From a virus (taxonomy: Duplodnaviria > Caudoviricetes): 52,096 bases of DNA. Below the pieces are notes generated by a model. The model worked only from the letters and a program-made list of their open reading frames with translations. It was not told the origin of the DNA and searched no databases. The DNA lies in the IMG/VR virus record IMGVR_UViG_3300025168_000009, positions 1 to 52,096 of that record, one strand, 5' to 3'. Every line of letters begins with the position of its first letter. Positions within the stretch are counted from its first letter, which is position 1. Shown piece after piece: positions 26,307 to 36,143 of the stretch. The translations under genes were made by a program, and so were the position numbers.

Positions 26307-27995
26307 TTAACTAAACACGCCTTCTAAAAAGTTAGTAACTTGATTGCTTGATCCACCTGGTTGTGATTCTAATCCTGTTAATGTATTTTGATATGCATCT
26401 TCTGCTGACATTTCACCTTGTCTAAATGCAAGATCTGCTTTATTTATTGAGAGATCCCTTTCCTTCCCTGCAAGCTGTTTTGTCTCAACTAATTTTGTCA
26501 TATCACTTTTATATTTTGCCATTAAATCACCTGTTTTTGTTTTAGTTTGTTGCTCAATGGTTCCAGATGTAGCTAAACCAGATCTAGAAACAGCAGTAGC
26601 AGCACCTTCTTGAATACCACGCACTCCCATTTGAGTTCCCATAGTTACATCTCTTCGTCCTCCATCAAATTGACTTTCAGCAGCAGCAAATCCTAAATTT
26701 GCTCCACTAACAGCTGATTCCCTCCGATCACCTAATAAAGCTAATTGTTCTTGTTGAAGATCACCTGCTGCTGTTTTTGCACCTGCAATATCACCTTGAT
26801 TTTGTGTTGCTTGATAGCCCTTGTATAGTGCGCTACCTATTGCCATTCCTGCAGCTATTGTGCCTAAAAAATACTCCTTCTTTCCAGTAATAGGATTTGT
26901 TGTTCCAGATCCATATTTTTTAATATCTTCTTCTGACATATTTCCTTCTATTTCTTTATTAATATGAGCAGGTTTTCCATCAATCATTTTCATTGCATTA
27001 TCACCATAACGACCAAATTGAGCACCATTGTTGCCAGATTTAAGAAACGGTTTGGGGTTATCTATATCAAACATACCAGACCTATTGTACCAATCTTCAA
27101 GATCTTCTGGTTTAGATCCAGGATAGTCTTTTTGCATTTTTAGAATATCTTCATCTCTTATTGGATCATTGTAAAAACTTTCCATCTTTTTTCTAGACAT
27201 AATTGCAGAAATTGGGCTATTACTATATGATCTTGGCCCTGCATCAAATTCTTCGTAACTTTGATCTAAAAATTGATTAGTTTCTTGCTCATAAGGAGTT
27301 ATATACTCAGTAGGATTATTGGCAATATTTTTATTTACTTTATCTATAAGTCCTCCTCCAAATTCTTTAAATGAAGCTGGATTAATAAAATCTTTTTTTA
27401 AACCTATATCAGCACTTTTATTGCTTTCAGGTCGTCTAACACCTACACCTTGTTCCTGAAATTTATTATTATAATTAGCTAATAAATTATTTAAAGATTT
27501 ATCTAGTCCCATTTTGTTTTTCATTCTGCTTTCCATGTTGCTAAAAGCTCCATCAGAACCTCCTACAGCAAAAGTGCTGCTAAGATTAGTTGCAGGAGCT
27601 ACTCTATTTATATATTCTTTACGTGCGTCATCACTAAGCATAGCACTAGCATCACTGCCTAAAAAAGCACCAGCCTTTCTAATTTGCCCTCTATCATATG
27701 ATTTATGATTTATATTTACTTGACCTTCAGGCAATCCTGTCTTTCCACCAGGCAATATCTGCTGTGCAGTTCGTTTAAAAAATCCAGGCTTTTTAATGTT
27801 TGCAACATCTCCACCCATCTCTTTATATCCAGATTCATATTCGCCCCAAGCAGTATTAGCTTTTTTTGCTTGACCTGCTCCAAAAGAAGCTACAGTTGCC
27901 GCTGCGCCTAAAACACCTGACACTGTATTAGCTTTCTTTTGTCGTTTAATTATATTTCTTCTTGCGCTGCCTAGTCTTTTTCTTGCACTTGCCAT
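26307..27995 (-). CDS. Internal virion/DNA-transfer (pilot-like) protein
   Basis: Gly/Ala-rich hydrophobic segments; GRYGD...GSGTTNPITG..EYF motif; follows the nozzle gene. Confidence 0.6.
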   Translation of the reverse strand: MASARKRLGSARRNIIKRQKKANTVSGVLGAAATVASFGAGQAKKANTAWGEYESGYKEMGGDVANIKKPGFFKRTAQQILPGGKTGLPEGQVNINHKSYDRGQIRKAGAFLGSDASAMLSDDARKEYINRVAPATNLSSTFAVGGSDGAFSNMESRMKNKMGLDKSLNNLLANYNNKFQEQGVGVRRPESNKSADIGLKKDFINPASFKEFGGGLIDKVNKNIANNPTEYITPYEQETNQFLDQSYEEFDAGPRSYSNSPISAIMSRKKMESFYNDPIRDEDILKMQKDYPGSKPEDLEDWYNRSGMFDIDNPKPFLKSGNNGAQFGRYGDNAMKMIDGKPAHINKEIEGNMSEEDIKKYGSGTTNPITGKKEYFLGTIAAGMAIGSALYKGYQATQNQGDIAGAKTAAGDLQQEQLALLGDRRESAVSGANLGFAAAESQFDGGRRDVTMGTQMGVRGIQEGAATAVSRSGLATSGTIEQQTKTKTGDLMAKYKSDMTKLVETKQLAGKERDLSINKADLAFRQGEMSAEDAYQNTLTGLESQPGGSSNQVTNFLEGVFS

Positions 27996-27999
27996 AATC

Positions 28000-28191
28000 T
28001 TATCCCCTATCTAATACTTTCTTAAACAACACACCATTATGCTTTACATACTCTACTATACCTAAACTAGCTACACTTCTAAGAACAGGCACACCCTCCT
28101 TTAAATCAGCAACATCAGGAGCACCCTCCTTAACCTGCAACCTTTCCTGCTTTTTATGTAAAGATATCCTCTCTTGTCTTGTCATTCCCAT
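28000..28191 (-). CDS. Hypothetical protein
   Basis: 63 aa, TAATG-coupled to the nozzle gene. Confidence 0.7.
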   Translation of the reverse strand: MGMTRQERISLHKKQERLQVKEGAPDVADLKEGVPVLRSVASLGIVEYVKHNGVLFKKVLDRG

Positions 28192-30710
28192 TATCTTACA
28201 CCTTTCATTCTATACACTATAGTAATATCATTAATTTCAAACCCTGAAGGAACTTCCCCATCTGTAGAAATCTTTAATTGAAATGATTTTACATTATTAG
28301 CATCAGATGATGTAGCAGGTTTTAATTCTGCAACTTGCCATCCATTTGCTGTTGCTAACTCATTGCTTGAAAAATTAGTTCCATTTTGAAATGTTTTGTT
28401 TAAAGCAGTGCCTCCATCTACATCATAATATGCTTGAACATTTGACGTTGCATTGCCTGAAGTATATGTAATATATACTTTATATATTTTTTTTCGTTGT
28501 GCAGGCTGCCCAAAATCTATATCTTTTGTTGTCATAATCATGGCTGTACTGCTATCCGAAGCATCATCCCATTTAACTACAGTACCAGCTGTATGAGCAT
28601 ATACCAAATCACCATTAAAATCTGTAATAAAGTTTGTTTTAGCTTGATCAGTAATAGTAGCAGCAGCCCCTTTAACCCAAGATTTTGTTACTATATCATA
28701 TAAATAGACAGCACCATCTCCAGTTGTAGTAATATCATCTGCAACAATTAGCTGTCTTTTTTTCGGAATATATCCAATCATAGGTTCATCTACAAAATCA
28801 CTCCATTCACTCTCTTTTATTATCTGCCTGCCCTGCTTCTCAAGCAAATTATTTACTTTCTGTCCATCATAAAGATAACATCCTTGTGCATTCACCCATG
28901 CTATACCAAAATCAGTCTTACAAGTAGCAGCAGGATGAGATACTCCTTTATGCATAAATGTATCTTCTAAGAACTCTACCTCCTGAGAAATATTTACAAG
29001 TTCTAACTTATTCTTTTTGAATATTAAAAGCCTATCTGCATAAGCTTCAAGTTTTACTATACTATCTCCATCGTTAATAGAAGCTTCAATTTTTCTAGAA
29101 GCTGGAAAGCTATCAAATTTATTAACTTCAGATTTTAATACTCTATCTCCATATACTATACCATCCTGTTTTATATTACCTATATAAGTCATTCTATTAG
29201 CAACTACAGCAGTCTTATATCCTTCTACAGTATGAGCTTCACCAACTTCATATGGATACTTTGTTAAAGATGGGAAAGGGAAATCATCACCAACACTTTT
29301 ATCACCAAAATATGCCATATTAGTATCAACAAGAGCAGCAAGCCACATAGTAAAGTTATCCTGATGTTCTGAGATTCTCAGACCTTCTTTTATACTAACT
29401 TCAGATAACAAAGTATAATCGCTAGAAGAGGTAGTACTACTAGATCTTCTGACATATATTTTGAAGCCTGTAACTCTTGGATATGTAGATCCAAAAGTAT
29501 TAGAAGTAGAAGTAAATACGTGAACGTCTATCAATGGAGAATTTAGATCTAAATAATGATTAGAACTAGTATCCCCAAGCATTATATCTGCAAGTGCTAT
29601 TCTTGTGCTAAATTCAGCTAGAGCTGATTCCTGATTTCCATCATATATAGTTGACATAGCAAACTGTAAGTGTCTTTCATTTGCATCATCACTCCACCAA
29701 TGCATACGAGATAAATTTGCAATGTGGACAAAAGTACTTGTATCTGTTGTAGCAATACCTCCAGGAACTGTAATTACATCAGCAGTTACAGCAGTTACAG
29801 CAGCTATAACATTAGCATTACCAGCTTGATCTGTATCGCCCATCATTAAAAAGTCTCCAGGCTTACAAAATAAAGTAAAATCATCCTCTGTATCGTCTAC
29901 CATTGTTATCGTATCGGAAACTGCATTCACATTACATCCAGCACGAATAACTTGAGTCGTTGAACTAATACTCTGTGCAGTACTTGAAATATTAATATAA
30001 TATGGATAAACAGCCCCAGCAGCTTTAATTGATAACCTAACAGGATTATCAATATCAGGTGCAGTTCCAGTAGCATCACGAGTAGTTACAGATTGTATAG
30101 GAAGTGCTGTAAGATTCTGATCTTGTGATATCCATTTATCATATAACATACCATTAGTACCAGAAAAAGCATCAACCCCTGTGCTATCATCACCAAATTG
30201 ATGTCTATAAATATATCCATACCATTTATTAGTGTTGTTAGCACCAAAGTTTCCATCACTTACTCTTAATGCACCATCTACAGCATAGAAAGCTGGCTCT
30301 ACTCCTGTTGTTCCAGTTCCCCCAGTATATAAATCTATAACAGCAGTTGGAGCACCACCCCATGCAGTCTCACCATCACTTCTTTCATAAATAAAAAACT
30401 GAGTATCAGTATCAGTATCAGCTAATACTAAATAATCAGCTCCAGTTTCAGCTACATCAGCAGCTCCAGCATCATTCCCCTCTAACCTATCATGACTAAA
30501 ATAAAACAATCCATATCCTGGATTAATAACAACAGTAGGATTGCTAGTAGCAGCATGTGGAGTAATACCACCCATTAACCTAATCTTACCAAGCTCATCC
30601 ACCATTATATCAGTAGCTTCAGATAGTTCGCTTTCAGATATATCTCTAGGATCTGAATTACTATTTAAACCTCCATGAAACTGAGTTATCTTATAAAGCT
30701 GTTTAGGCAT
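28191..30710 (-). CDS. Tail nozzle / stabilisation protein (P22 gp10 / T7 gp12-like)
   Basis: FHGGLN..DPRDI N-terminus, beta-propeller-like repeats, TKDIDFG.P..RKKIYKV C-terminus. Confidence 0.75.
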   Translation of the reverse strand: MPKQLYKITQFHGGLNSNSDPRDISESELSEATDIMVDELGKIRLMGGITPHAATSNPTVVINPGYGLFYFSHDRLEGNDAGAADVAETGADYLVLADTDTDTQFFIYERSDGETAWGGAPTAVIDLYTGGTGTTGVEPAFYAVDGALRVSDGNFGANNTNKWYGYIYRHQFGDDSTGVDAFSGTNGMLYDKWISQDQNLTALPIQSVTTRDATGTAPDIDNPVRLSIKAAGAVYPYYINISSTAQSISSTTQVIRAGCNVNAVSDTITMVDDTEDDFTLFCKPGDFLMMGDTDQAGNANVIAAVTAVTADVITVPGGIATTDTSTFVHIANLSRMHWWSDDANERHLQFAMSTIYDGNQESALAEFSTRIALADIMLGDTSSNHYLDLNSPLIDVHVFTSTSNTFGSTYPRVTGFKIYVRRSSSTTSSSDYTLLSEVSIKEGLRISEHQDNFTMWLAALVDTNMAYFGDKSVGDDFPFPSLTKYPYEVGEAHTVEGYKTAVVANRMTYIGNIKQDGIVYGDRVLKSEVNKFDSFPASRKIEASINDGDSIVKLEAYADRLLIFKKNKLELVNISQEVEFLEDTFMHKGVSHPAATCKTDFGIAWVNAQGCYLYDGQKVNNLLEKQGRQIIKESEWSDFVDEPMIGYIPKKRQLIVADDITTTGDGAVYLYDIVTKSWVKGAAATITDQAKTNFITDFNGDLVYAHTAGTVVKWDDASDSSTAMIMTTKDIDFGQPAQRKKIYKVYITYTSGNATSNVQAYYDVDGGTALNKTFQNGTNFSSNELATANGWQVAELKPATSSDANNVKSFQLKISTDGEVPSGFEINDITIVYRMKGVR

Positions 30711-30729
30711 GTTTTTCCTTTAATTTACA

Positions 30730-30812
30730 GGGAGAGGTATACACAACAGTAAGCGAATTGTCGCAGCAAACTAGCTGAGAAAACCAAGGAGGAGCGGTGT
30801 AGTTCCTCTCCC
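30730..30812 (-). other. Intergenic multi-stem RNA element upstream of the nozzle gene
   Basis: GGGAGAGG/CCTCTCCC, TACAC/GTGTA, CAGC-TAGTTT-GCTG. Confidence 0.5.
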
Positions 30813-30826
30813 ATTTATAATCTATA

Positions 30827-31015
30827 TTATGCTTTATTAATTGCATCTTTAAGCACTTCTTCTACAGATGAATATAAAGCATCTAATATTTTAGCTTCAG
30901 TCTTTTCACCTATAAATGGTACATCTATATTTTTATTTAAAGATTTTATTACATTTGCTTTCATTTCATCATTAAACAAATGCTCAATAATTGCACCTTT
31001 AATTGCTTCATTCAT
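30827..31015 (-). CDS. Hypothetical protein
   Basis: AGGAG RBS; NKNIDVPFIGEKTE. Confidence 0.75.
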   Translation of the reverse strand: MNEAIKGAIIEHLFNDEMKANVIKSLNKNIDVPFIGEKTEAKILDALYSSVEEVLKDAINKA

Positions 31016-31239
31016 TTCTTAATTCTCCTTTTAGGTTTACATTTTTTACAAATACATTTACAACAGTCTCCTGCTTGCAAACTTTTAATTGACTTTTTTA
31101 AAGCAAATACGTCTAATTCTAACTCATCAATTCTTTGATCTGCATCGTTAGGATCTTCTACATAAGCTAATATCTTTTCTAGCTTAAATTGTTTTGCTAT
31201 TAAACTAACTATTGCTTTTGTTAACATGCTTGAAATCAT
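31012..31239 (-). CDS. Hypothetical protein (coiled coil, Cys/Lys-rich tail)
   Basis: Coupled ORF in the lysis-like cluster. Confidence 0.65.
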   Translation of the reverse strand: MISSMLTKAIVSLIAKQFKLEKILAYVEDPNDADQRIDELELDVFALKKSIKSLQAGDCCKCICKKCKPKRRIKK

Positions 31240-31502
31240 TATTTTCCCTTTCCAATTAACCGCTCTAATATACCAACAAGTGAAGCATAACTTGCCTTTA
31301 TTTCTTTTACATCGATAGTATGCTTTTTAAGGGCGTTAATAAGCCCTATAACGATGCCTTCTAATCTTCCGAAGGATTCCCTCATCTCACGTTGTAATTC
31401 GTTCTGTATGAACTGATTTTGCTTCCATATGAAATATCCAAAAGCCATACTCATTGCAACTGGAATCCCAACCCTTTCTACTATTTCGACAATATTCTCC
31501 AT
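31239..31502 (-). CDS. Holin-like protein (one TM plus coiled coil, BhlA-like)
   Basis: VGIPVAMSMAFGYFIW TM followed by a coiled coil. Confidence 0.5.
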   Translation of the reverse strand: MENIVEIVERVGIPVAMSMAFGYFIWKQNQFIQNELQREMRESFGRLEGIVIGLINALKKHTIDVKEIKASYASLVGILERLIGKGK

Positions 31503-32281
31503 TAGCCTTCAATCAACTCGCCCCACAAAGAGGTTCTACCATCTATTATTTGTATTATATGAACGGTAAATAATCCATTCTTATAATAATCAACTATTGC
31601 AAATGCATGAGCCCAGTTTATGTTTCTATTACCAAGCCAGCTATTTGCCTCAGGACTCATGTCTTTTAAACATCCAAGACTCCAAGCCGCTTTAGGCCCA
31701 TCCATATGAGTTGCAGTCATATGCTGTAAGTCATGCCAATGCCCGTACATTATATTACATCCTAGTTTTCTAAGATGATTAGCTGTGTGATATTGACCAC
31801 CATATTGATGACCGTGATAAAAGTAAAGCTTCCCCATCTTGAGGTGCTTACCAAACGAGTGATATTTATATCCTCTTTCTTTTAGCTTAACAGCATTGGC
31901 AAATTTAAACTGTGGTAAATAAGGGTAAGCTTCTACACACATATTTAACCAATTATCATGATTACCTTCAGTAATATGTTTTTCTTTACATTTTACTTTA
32001 TCAAGAGATTCATCTACTTGATCCATTCCTTCATTAACATCTTTTACATCTTTTACAAAATCATCTATTAAATATTCTAAAGGCGGTTTTTGTTTCCTTT
32101 TAAATCTCCATGCAGAAAAAGCATGAAACTCGCCTACATCTCCTAAGTCTACATAAGCATCAGGCTTTACTATTTCTATTGTCCTTTTTAAACAATTTAT
32201 AGCCTTTTGATCGTGTAAAGGAAAATGCTTATCTGGGGTTACTATTACTCTTTTAACTACTCCTTTATCTTTTTTTGGCAT
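31502..32281 (-). CDS. Calcineurin-like metallophosphoesterase
   Basis: PDKH, LGD, GNHD, HGH, GHWH motifs. Confidence 0.9.
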   Translation of the reverse strand: MPKKDKGVVKRVIVTPDKHFPLHDQKAINCLKRTIEIVKPDAYVDLGDVGEFHAFSAWRFKRKQKPPLEYLIDDFVKDVKDVNEGMDQVDESLDKVKCKEKHITEGNHDNWLNMCVEAYPYLPQFKFANAVKLKERGYKYHSFGKHLKMGKLYFYHGHQYGGQYHTANHLRKLGCNIMYGHWHDLQHMTATHMDGPKAAWSLGCLKDMSPEANSWLGNRNINWAHAFAIVDYYKNGLFTVHIIQIIDGRTSLWGELIEG

Positions 32282-32291
32282 ACCGCTCTCC

Positions 32292-32447
32292 TTATTTTAA
32301 CTCTTTAACTACTTTTATTACTAGATATACTAATGTTGTTATACCTACCAATAAACTTACTACATCAGGTAACCATCCACTTACAGATAGCCACCATCCG
32401 CCTATTCCTGCACCTGTTGTTTTTAAAGTATCTATTGCGTCTATCAT
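32292..32447 (-). CDS. Holin-like small membrane protein (51 aa, not in ORF track)
   Basis: MIDAIDTLKTTGAGIGGWWLSVSGWLPDVVSLLVGITTLVYLVIKVVKELK: two hydrophobic segments and a basic C-terminus. Confidence 0.65.
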   Translation of the reverse strand: MIDAIDTLKTTGAGIGGWWLSVSGWLPDVVSLLVGITTLVYLVIKVVKELK

Positions 32448-32465
32448 TGAAAATCCTAATTTGTT

Positions 32466-32777
32466 TTATCTGTTAAAGTCATAGTGAATATCTATACTCT
32501 CTGCCGCTTTGCTTACTATGTTTAAAACAGCATTGTTATTGCTAGCAGTTGCTATTTTGTAAAAGTCATAGTTGTTATTGTAATTGCTAGCTAGCCATTC
32601 TACAAAGTTACTAACTGTCATATTGCTGTTTATATTTAACTTAACTGATAAGTTATCAAGAGTTAGTTCAAAATAATCATTAATTGCTATTGAACTAAAA
32701 GCACTAAAGTCTAAAGTTGTGCTATGTAGGCTACTATCAAGAATAGATGAGTTTATTGTTATATTAGCTGTTTGCAT
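32466..32777 (-). CDS. Hypothetical tail-region protein
   Basis: 103 aa, coupled to the upstream gene. Confidence 0.6.
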   Translation of the reverse strand: MQTANITINSSILDSSLHSTTLDFSAFSSIAINDYFELTLDNLSVKLNINSNMTVSNFVEWLASNYNNNYDFYKIATASNNNAVLNIVSKAAESIDIHYDFNR

Positions 32778-33634
32778 TATGATTCATCCCAAAAAGCTTT
32801 TAATAAAGGTTTATCTGAAGTATTTACCATGCCTACACCTCCACCACTTGTGCATGCATGATATGCTATTAGCAATACATGATTAGCCCCTGTAAGTGTA
32901 ACTTCTGGACTTCTACACCAAACAATTTCTCCAAGTGTCATTCCACTTGATTCTACATAAATATAATTAGCAGCATTATCTTGAGCCTCTCTTGTTGCAG
33001 AATTTCCAGTTACAGCTAAATCTCCAAGTTCATCAAATATGTTATATCCTGAACCTTCAGCTAGTCCTCCTTGAGCACCAGTTCTTTGACTACCTGTGCT
33101 AGTAGCTCTATTCCACCTATTAGCAGTAGACCCATTTGCTATAGCAGTCCAACTATATCCAGAAACAGATGATAAAGTATTATTTGATCCAACAAATATA
33201 TTGCCACGCTCCCAATCAGTTCCATTAGCATCCATCCCCCAATCAACATTAGTACTAACATCTCCAGTAGCATTTAAAGCAGCACCACTAGAATGAGGAA
33301 TCTGAACTGCTCCAACACAAAAATCATTGTAAAATGTAGTAGCTGCTGTTATTTGTACTGCAAGATATACTCTTCCTTGAGAAGCACTTGAAGGCATAGC
33401 AACTGTAGCTACACTATAAGCAGCTGTGTTATCACCAGAAACGAATGTTTCTATTGTTGTCAAATTACTAAAATGATAACCAGTGTCAACGTCAAGCGCA
33501 GCGTTTACAAATAAATTTCCAGCATTAGAATGCCTTAAATGATCTTCTAAACTCCATACACCTCCTGAAGAAGAAGCAGAAGCAGTTCTATAGTTTACAC
33601 TTTTGTTAATTATGCCTGCTTCCCATTTAGGCAT
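32777..33634 (-). CDS. Putative receptor-binding / fibre-tip protein
   Basis: N-terminal SGGVWSLED anchor-type motif, beta-rich body. Confidence 0.55.
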   Translation of the reverse strand: MPKWEAGIINKSVNYRTASASSSGGVWSLEDHLRHSNAGNLFVNAALDVDTGYHFSNLTTIETFVSGDNTAAYSVATVAMPSSASQGRVYLAVQITAATTFYNDFCVGAVQIPHSSGAALNATGDVSTNVDWGMDANGTDWERGNIFVGSNNTLSSVSGYSWTAIANGSTANRWNRATSTGSQRTGAQGGLAEGSGYNIFDELGDLAVTGNSATREAQDNAANYIYVESSGMTLGEIVWCRSPEVTLTGANHVLLIAYHACTSGGGVGMVNTSDKPLLKAFWDES

Positions 33635-34019
33635 CGTCTAATACCTCATAAGATATAATTAAGTCTAAATCACTTGCAGCACTTGCTCCACCTTTTAAGA
33701 CATCAGCTTCCATTAAATAAATAGGAGTGTCTAATACTACCAATGTAGCGTCTGGAGGTACAGATAATGTTTTTGCTATATAAAAGTTACCTGAAGTATC
33801 AAAATTTGTTACACCAGCAGAGGTAAAATTTGCCTTTGCTATAAATAAATCTAAGTCTGCTGCTGCAGAACCATCAACATTTGCACAAACAATTCTATTG
33901 ATCTTAATAAGCTTTTCTGAAGATACTGTTAACAAAGTTGTTGTTAAAGTATTCGTTAGATTAAACCCAACAGATTCTGCAAGAATACTTGATACTGCTA
34001 CTATATTAGGGTTTGCCAT
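33627..34019 (-). CDS. Tail-fibre adaptor beta-sandwich protein (MANPNIV type)
   Basis: MANPNIV...ANVDG...SVPPDATL...ISYE; follows a gene ending GKSIAMAMIFG. Confidence 0.65.
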   Translation of the reverse strand: MANPNIVAVSSILAESVGFNLTNTLTTTLLTVSSEKLIKINRIVCANVDGSAAADLDLFIAKANFTSAGVTNFDTSGNFYIAKTLSVPPDATLVVLDTPIYLMEADVLKGGASAASDLDLIISYEVLDDA

Positions 34020-34030
34020 ATATTATTCCT

Positions 34031-35101
34031 TTATCCAAAAATCATTGCCATTGCAATAGATTTACCTGTTGTTATACCACCTGCATTGTCATCTACATAT
34101 TTTTTAGTAGCTGCTTCGTAATCAGAGCCAGGAGTGTAATTGCCTCCATCATTTTTTAAAATTATATTTCCAGTAGCAGCGTCAAGTATAATATCTCCAT
34201 CAGGATCTAAAGTTAAATGGGCAACAGCAGCATTAGCGTCTACTGTAGAAATAGTTGTTACACCTTCTGCAGCTACAGCAATATTAAAATAATCATTAGT
34301 TGAAGTTCCACCTCCTTCATACAATGTAAAATGTGAAACAGCATGATGTTGAGTTAATACTCCAAAAAGTTGTGTATCTTCCCCTGCACCTGCTGCATTT
34401 ACTTTTAATTGTATCCCATGATTTGAATTACCATCGGCATTTTGAGCATCTAATATTATCTCTCCATCTGGTGATAAAGTTAAATGTGCAGCAGTAGCAT
34501 CAGAATCTACTGTTGCTATAATTGTTGCACCACTTGCTCCAGTAGATATTGAAAAATAATCAGCTATATCTGCAGAACTTTTTAGCTTTATATCAATATT
34601 ACCATCAGCTACTTTTTGGTCAAACCCAATATTTACATCTCCTCCAGTAACAATATTTGATATACCAGTTGCACTAGAAGTTGCATTTGCATTGCTAACA
34701 ATAACATTGTTTGTAAGTCCTACAGTAACAATACTGCCTGAGTCAGCTGCATGTGCTACAGTTGTTGTGTTTGTTATTCCAAATAAAAAAGTACCACCAC
34801 CAACTGCTTCAGTAAGATTAATAGAATTACCGATACCTGTAACTATATTTGTTTGTGAAAATGCACCTGTTATGTCAGCATCTACAAGAAGAGCTTGAAA
34901 ACCACTTATATGGCTAGCATCATCACTAAGATTATAATCTACTGATAATCCACCTGTAACAGCACCACCTGCAGACAGTGTAACACCTCCAGTATTATTA
35001 ACAGTAATACCTTCATCTCCACCATCATTAGAAATGTATTTACCATTTAATTTTAAATTACGTCTTAAATTATGATGATCTCTTTTTACGTTACTTGACA
35101 T
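34031..35101 (-). CDS. Tail fibre protein with an internal 39-aa duplication
   Basis: DYF...TVD...AHLTL.PDG.IILDA twice; AATKKYVD fibre motif; GKSIAMAMIFG end. Confidence 0.75.
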   Translation of the reverse strand: MSSNVKRDHHNLRRNLKLNGKYISNDGGDEGITVNNTGGVTLSAGGAVTGGLSVDYNLSDDASHISGFQALLVDADITGAFSQTNIVTGIGNSINLTEAVGGGTFLFGITNTTTVAHAADSGSIVTVGLTNNVIVSNANATSSATGISNIVTGGDVNIGFDQKVADGNIDIKLKSSADIADYFSISTGASGATIIATVDSDATAAHLTLSPDGEIILDAQNADGNSNHGIQLKVNAAGAGEDTQLFGVLTQHHAVSHFTLYEGGGTSTNDYFNIAVAAEGVTTISTVDANAAVAHLTLDPDGDIILDAATGNIILKNDGGNYTPGSDYEAATKKYVDDNAGGITTGKSIAMAMIFG

Positions 35102-35493
35102 TAGTTGTAATAAGTATATTGTACATTTTCACCATCAACTGTAGCAATAACATACACATCGTTTAAATTATCTATATCAATACTATATACATCTCCACTA
35201 TACAAAGCAATACCAGTAGCGGCAGTAACACCACTACCTCCTACATATATTATACCTGTATTTGCAACTGAAGCCATTATATCTACATGTTTGCAAGCTT
35301 GACTGCTAGTTAAAACTTCAGCACTTGTTCCAACAGTATCATTTTGCCCACTAGCAATAGTAGAGTGTCCTGTAATTTCTACATCACCAATATCTATTGT
35401 AGGAGACGTACCAAGTTCAACTTGTAGTTTATTATTACTAACTCCAACCAAGCTGCCATCAGACCCTGCTATATTTACTTTAGGTTGTGGCAT
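35101..35493 (-). CDS. Small beta-sandwich virion protein
   Basis: NTGIIYVGG..V...GIAL.SGD pattern. Confidence 0.6.
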   Translation of the reverse strand: MPQPKVNIAGSDGSLVGVSNNKLQVELGTSPTIDIGDVEITGHSTIASGQNDTVGTSAEVLTSSQACKHVDIMASVANTGIIYVGGSGVTAATGIALYSGDVYSIDIDNLNDVYVIATVDGENVQYTYYN

Positions 35494-35849
35494 TATAAAC
35501 TCTCTGTTACGTTACTGTTTCCAGGATTAAAATAAGCTTCTTTTTCTTCTAATATTAAAGCACTTGTTTGACCTTCTATAGCTTTTGTTTTTGCATTACT
35601 TTTAGGTTCTGATGCTATTTGTGCAACTTCACCTGCTAACATTTTACTATAAAGCTGATCTAAATGTTTTATTAAAGAGTGTGTAAACTTCATTCCAGTC
35701 ATATTAATAGGAGCTTTATTCTTAGCTACATCTTCTAATTCAGGTGTACGTGTAACAGGTGTATTAGGTGGATGCATTGGAGCTTTAGCATTCCTACCTG
35801 CTGTAATGTCTATATTTTGTCCTAATTTGTCAAACAAAGAGTAATTCAT
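35493..35849 (-). CDS. Hypothetical protein
   Basis: AAGGA RBS, 118 aa. Confidence 0.7.
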   Translation of the reverse strand: MNYSLFDKLGQNIDITAGRNAKAPMHPPNTPVTRTPELEDVAKNKAPINMTGMKFTHSLIKHLDQLYSKMLAGEVAQIASEPKSNAKTKAIEGQTSALILEEKEAYFNPGNSNVTESL

Positions 35850-35858
35850 AATTTATCC

Positions 35859-36092
35859 TTAATATAAATATAAAACGCTAGCACTAGATGCTATTGCTGC
35901 AATTGGATACAATGTTCCTTGAACCATGTAAACAGCTCCAACAGTTCCATCTGAAAAAGTTATATTAACTGCTGCTGAGCTAGCATTATTTACAATAGCT
36001 CTAGAAGGAACAGATGAAGTCGTTCCAACAACTCCTTTAAAATACGGATTTGTTGATTCTTGTACTGAATAAGCCTTATTTCCTGATGCCAT
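35859..36092 (-). CDS. Small virion protein (spike-base-like)
   Basis: 77 aa beta-rich, GTLYPI...LY end; AAGGAG RBS. Confidence 0.55.
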   Translation of the reverse strand: MASGNKAYSVQESTNPYFKGVVGTTSSVPSRAIVNNASSAAVNITFSDGTVGAVYMVQGTLYPIAAIASSASVLYLY

Positions 36093-36143
36093 TTTTATCT
36101 CCTTTTGAGTTTTCCCTAAGCACTGGCTGTGCGTGAACGGGTG

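Noticed and set aside
32275-32484. 69-aa + strand ORF
   Set aside because: Antisense to a better 51-aa holin-like ORF on the operon strand
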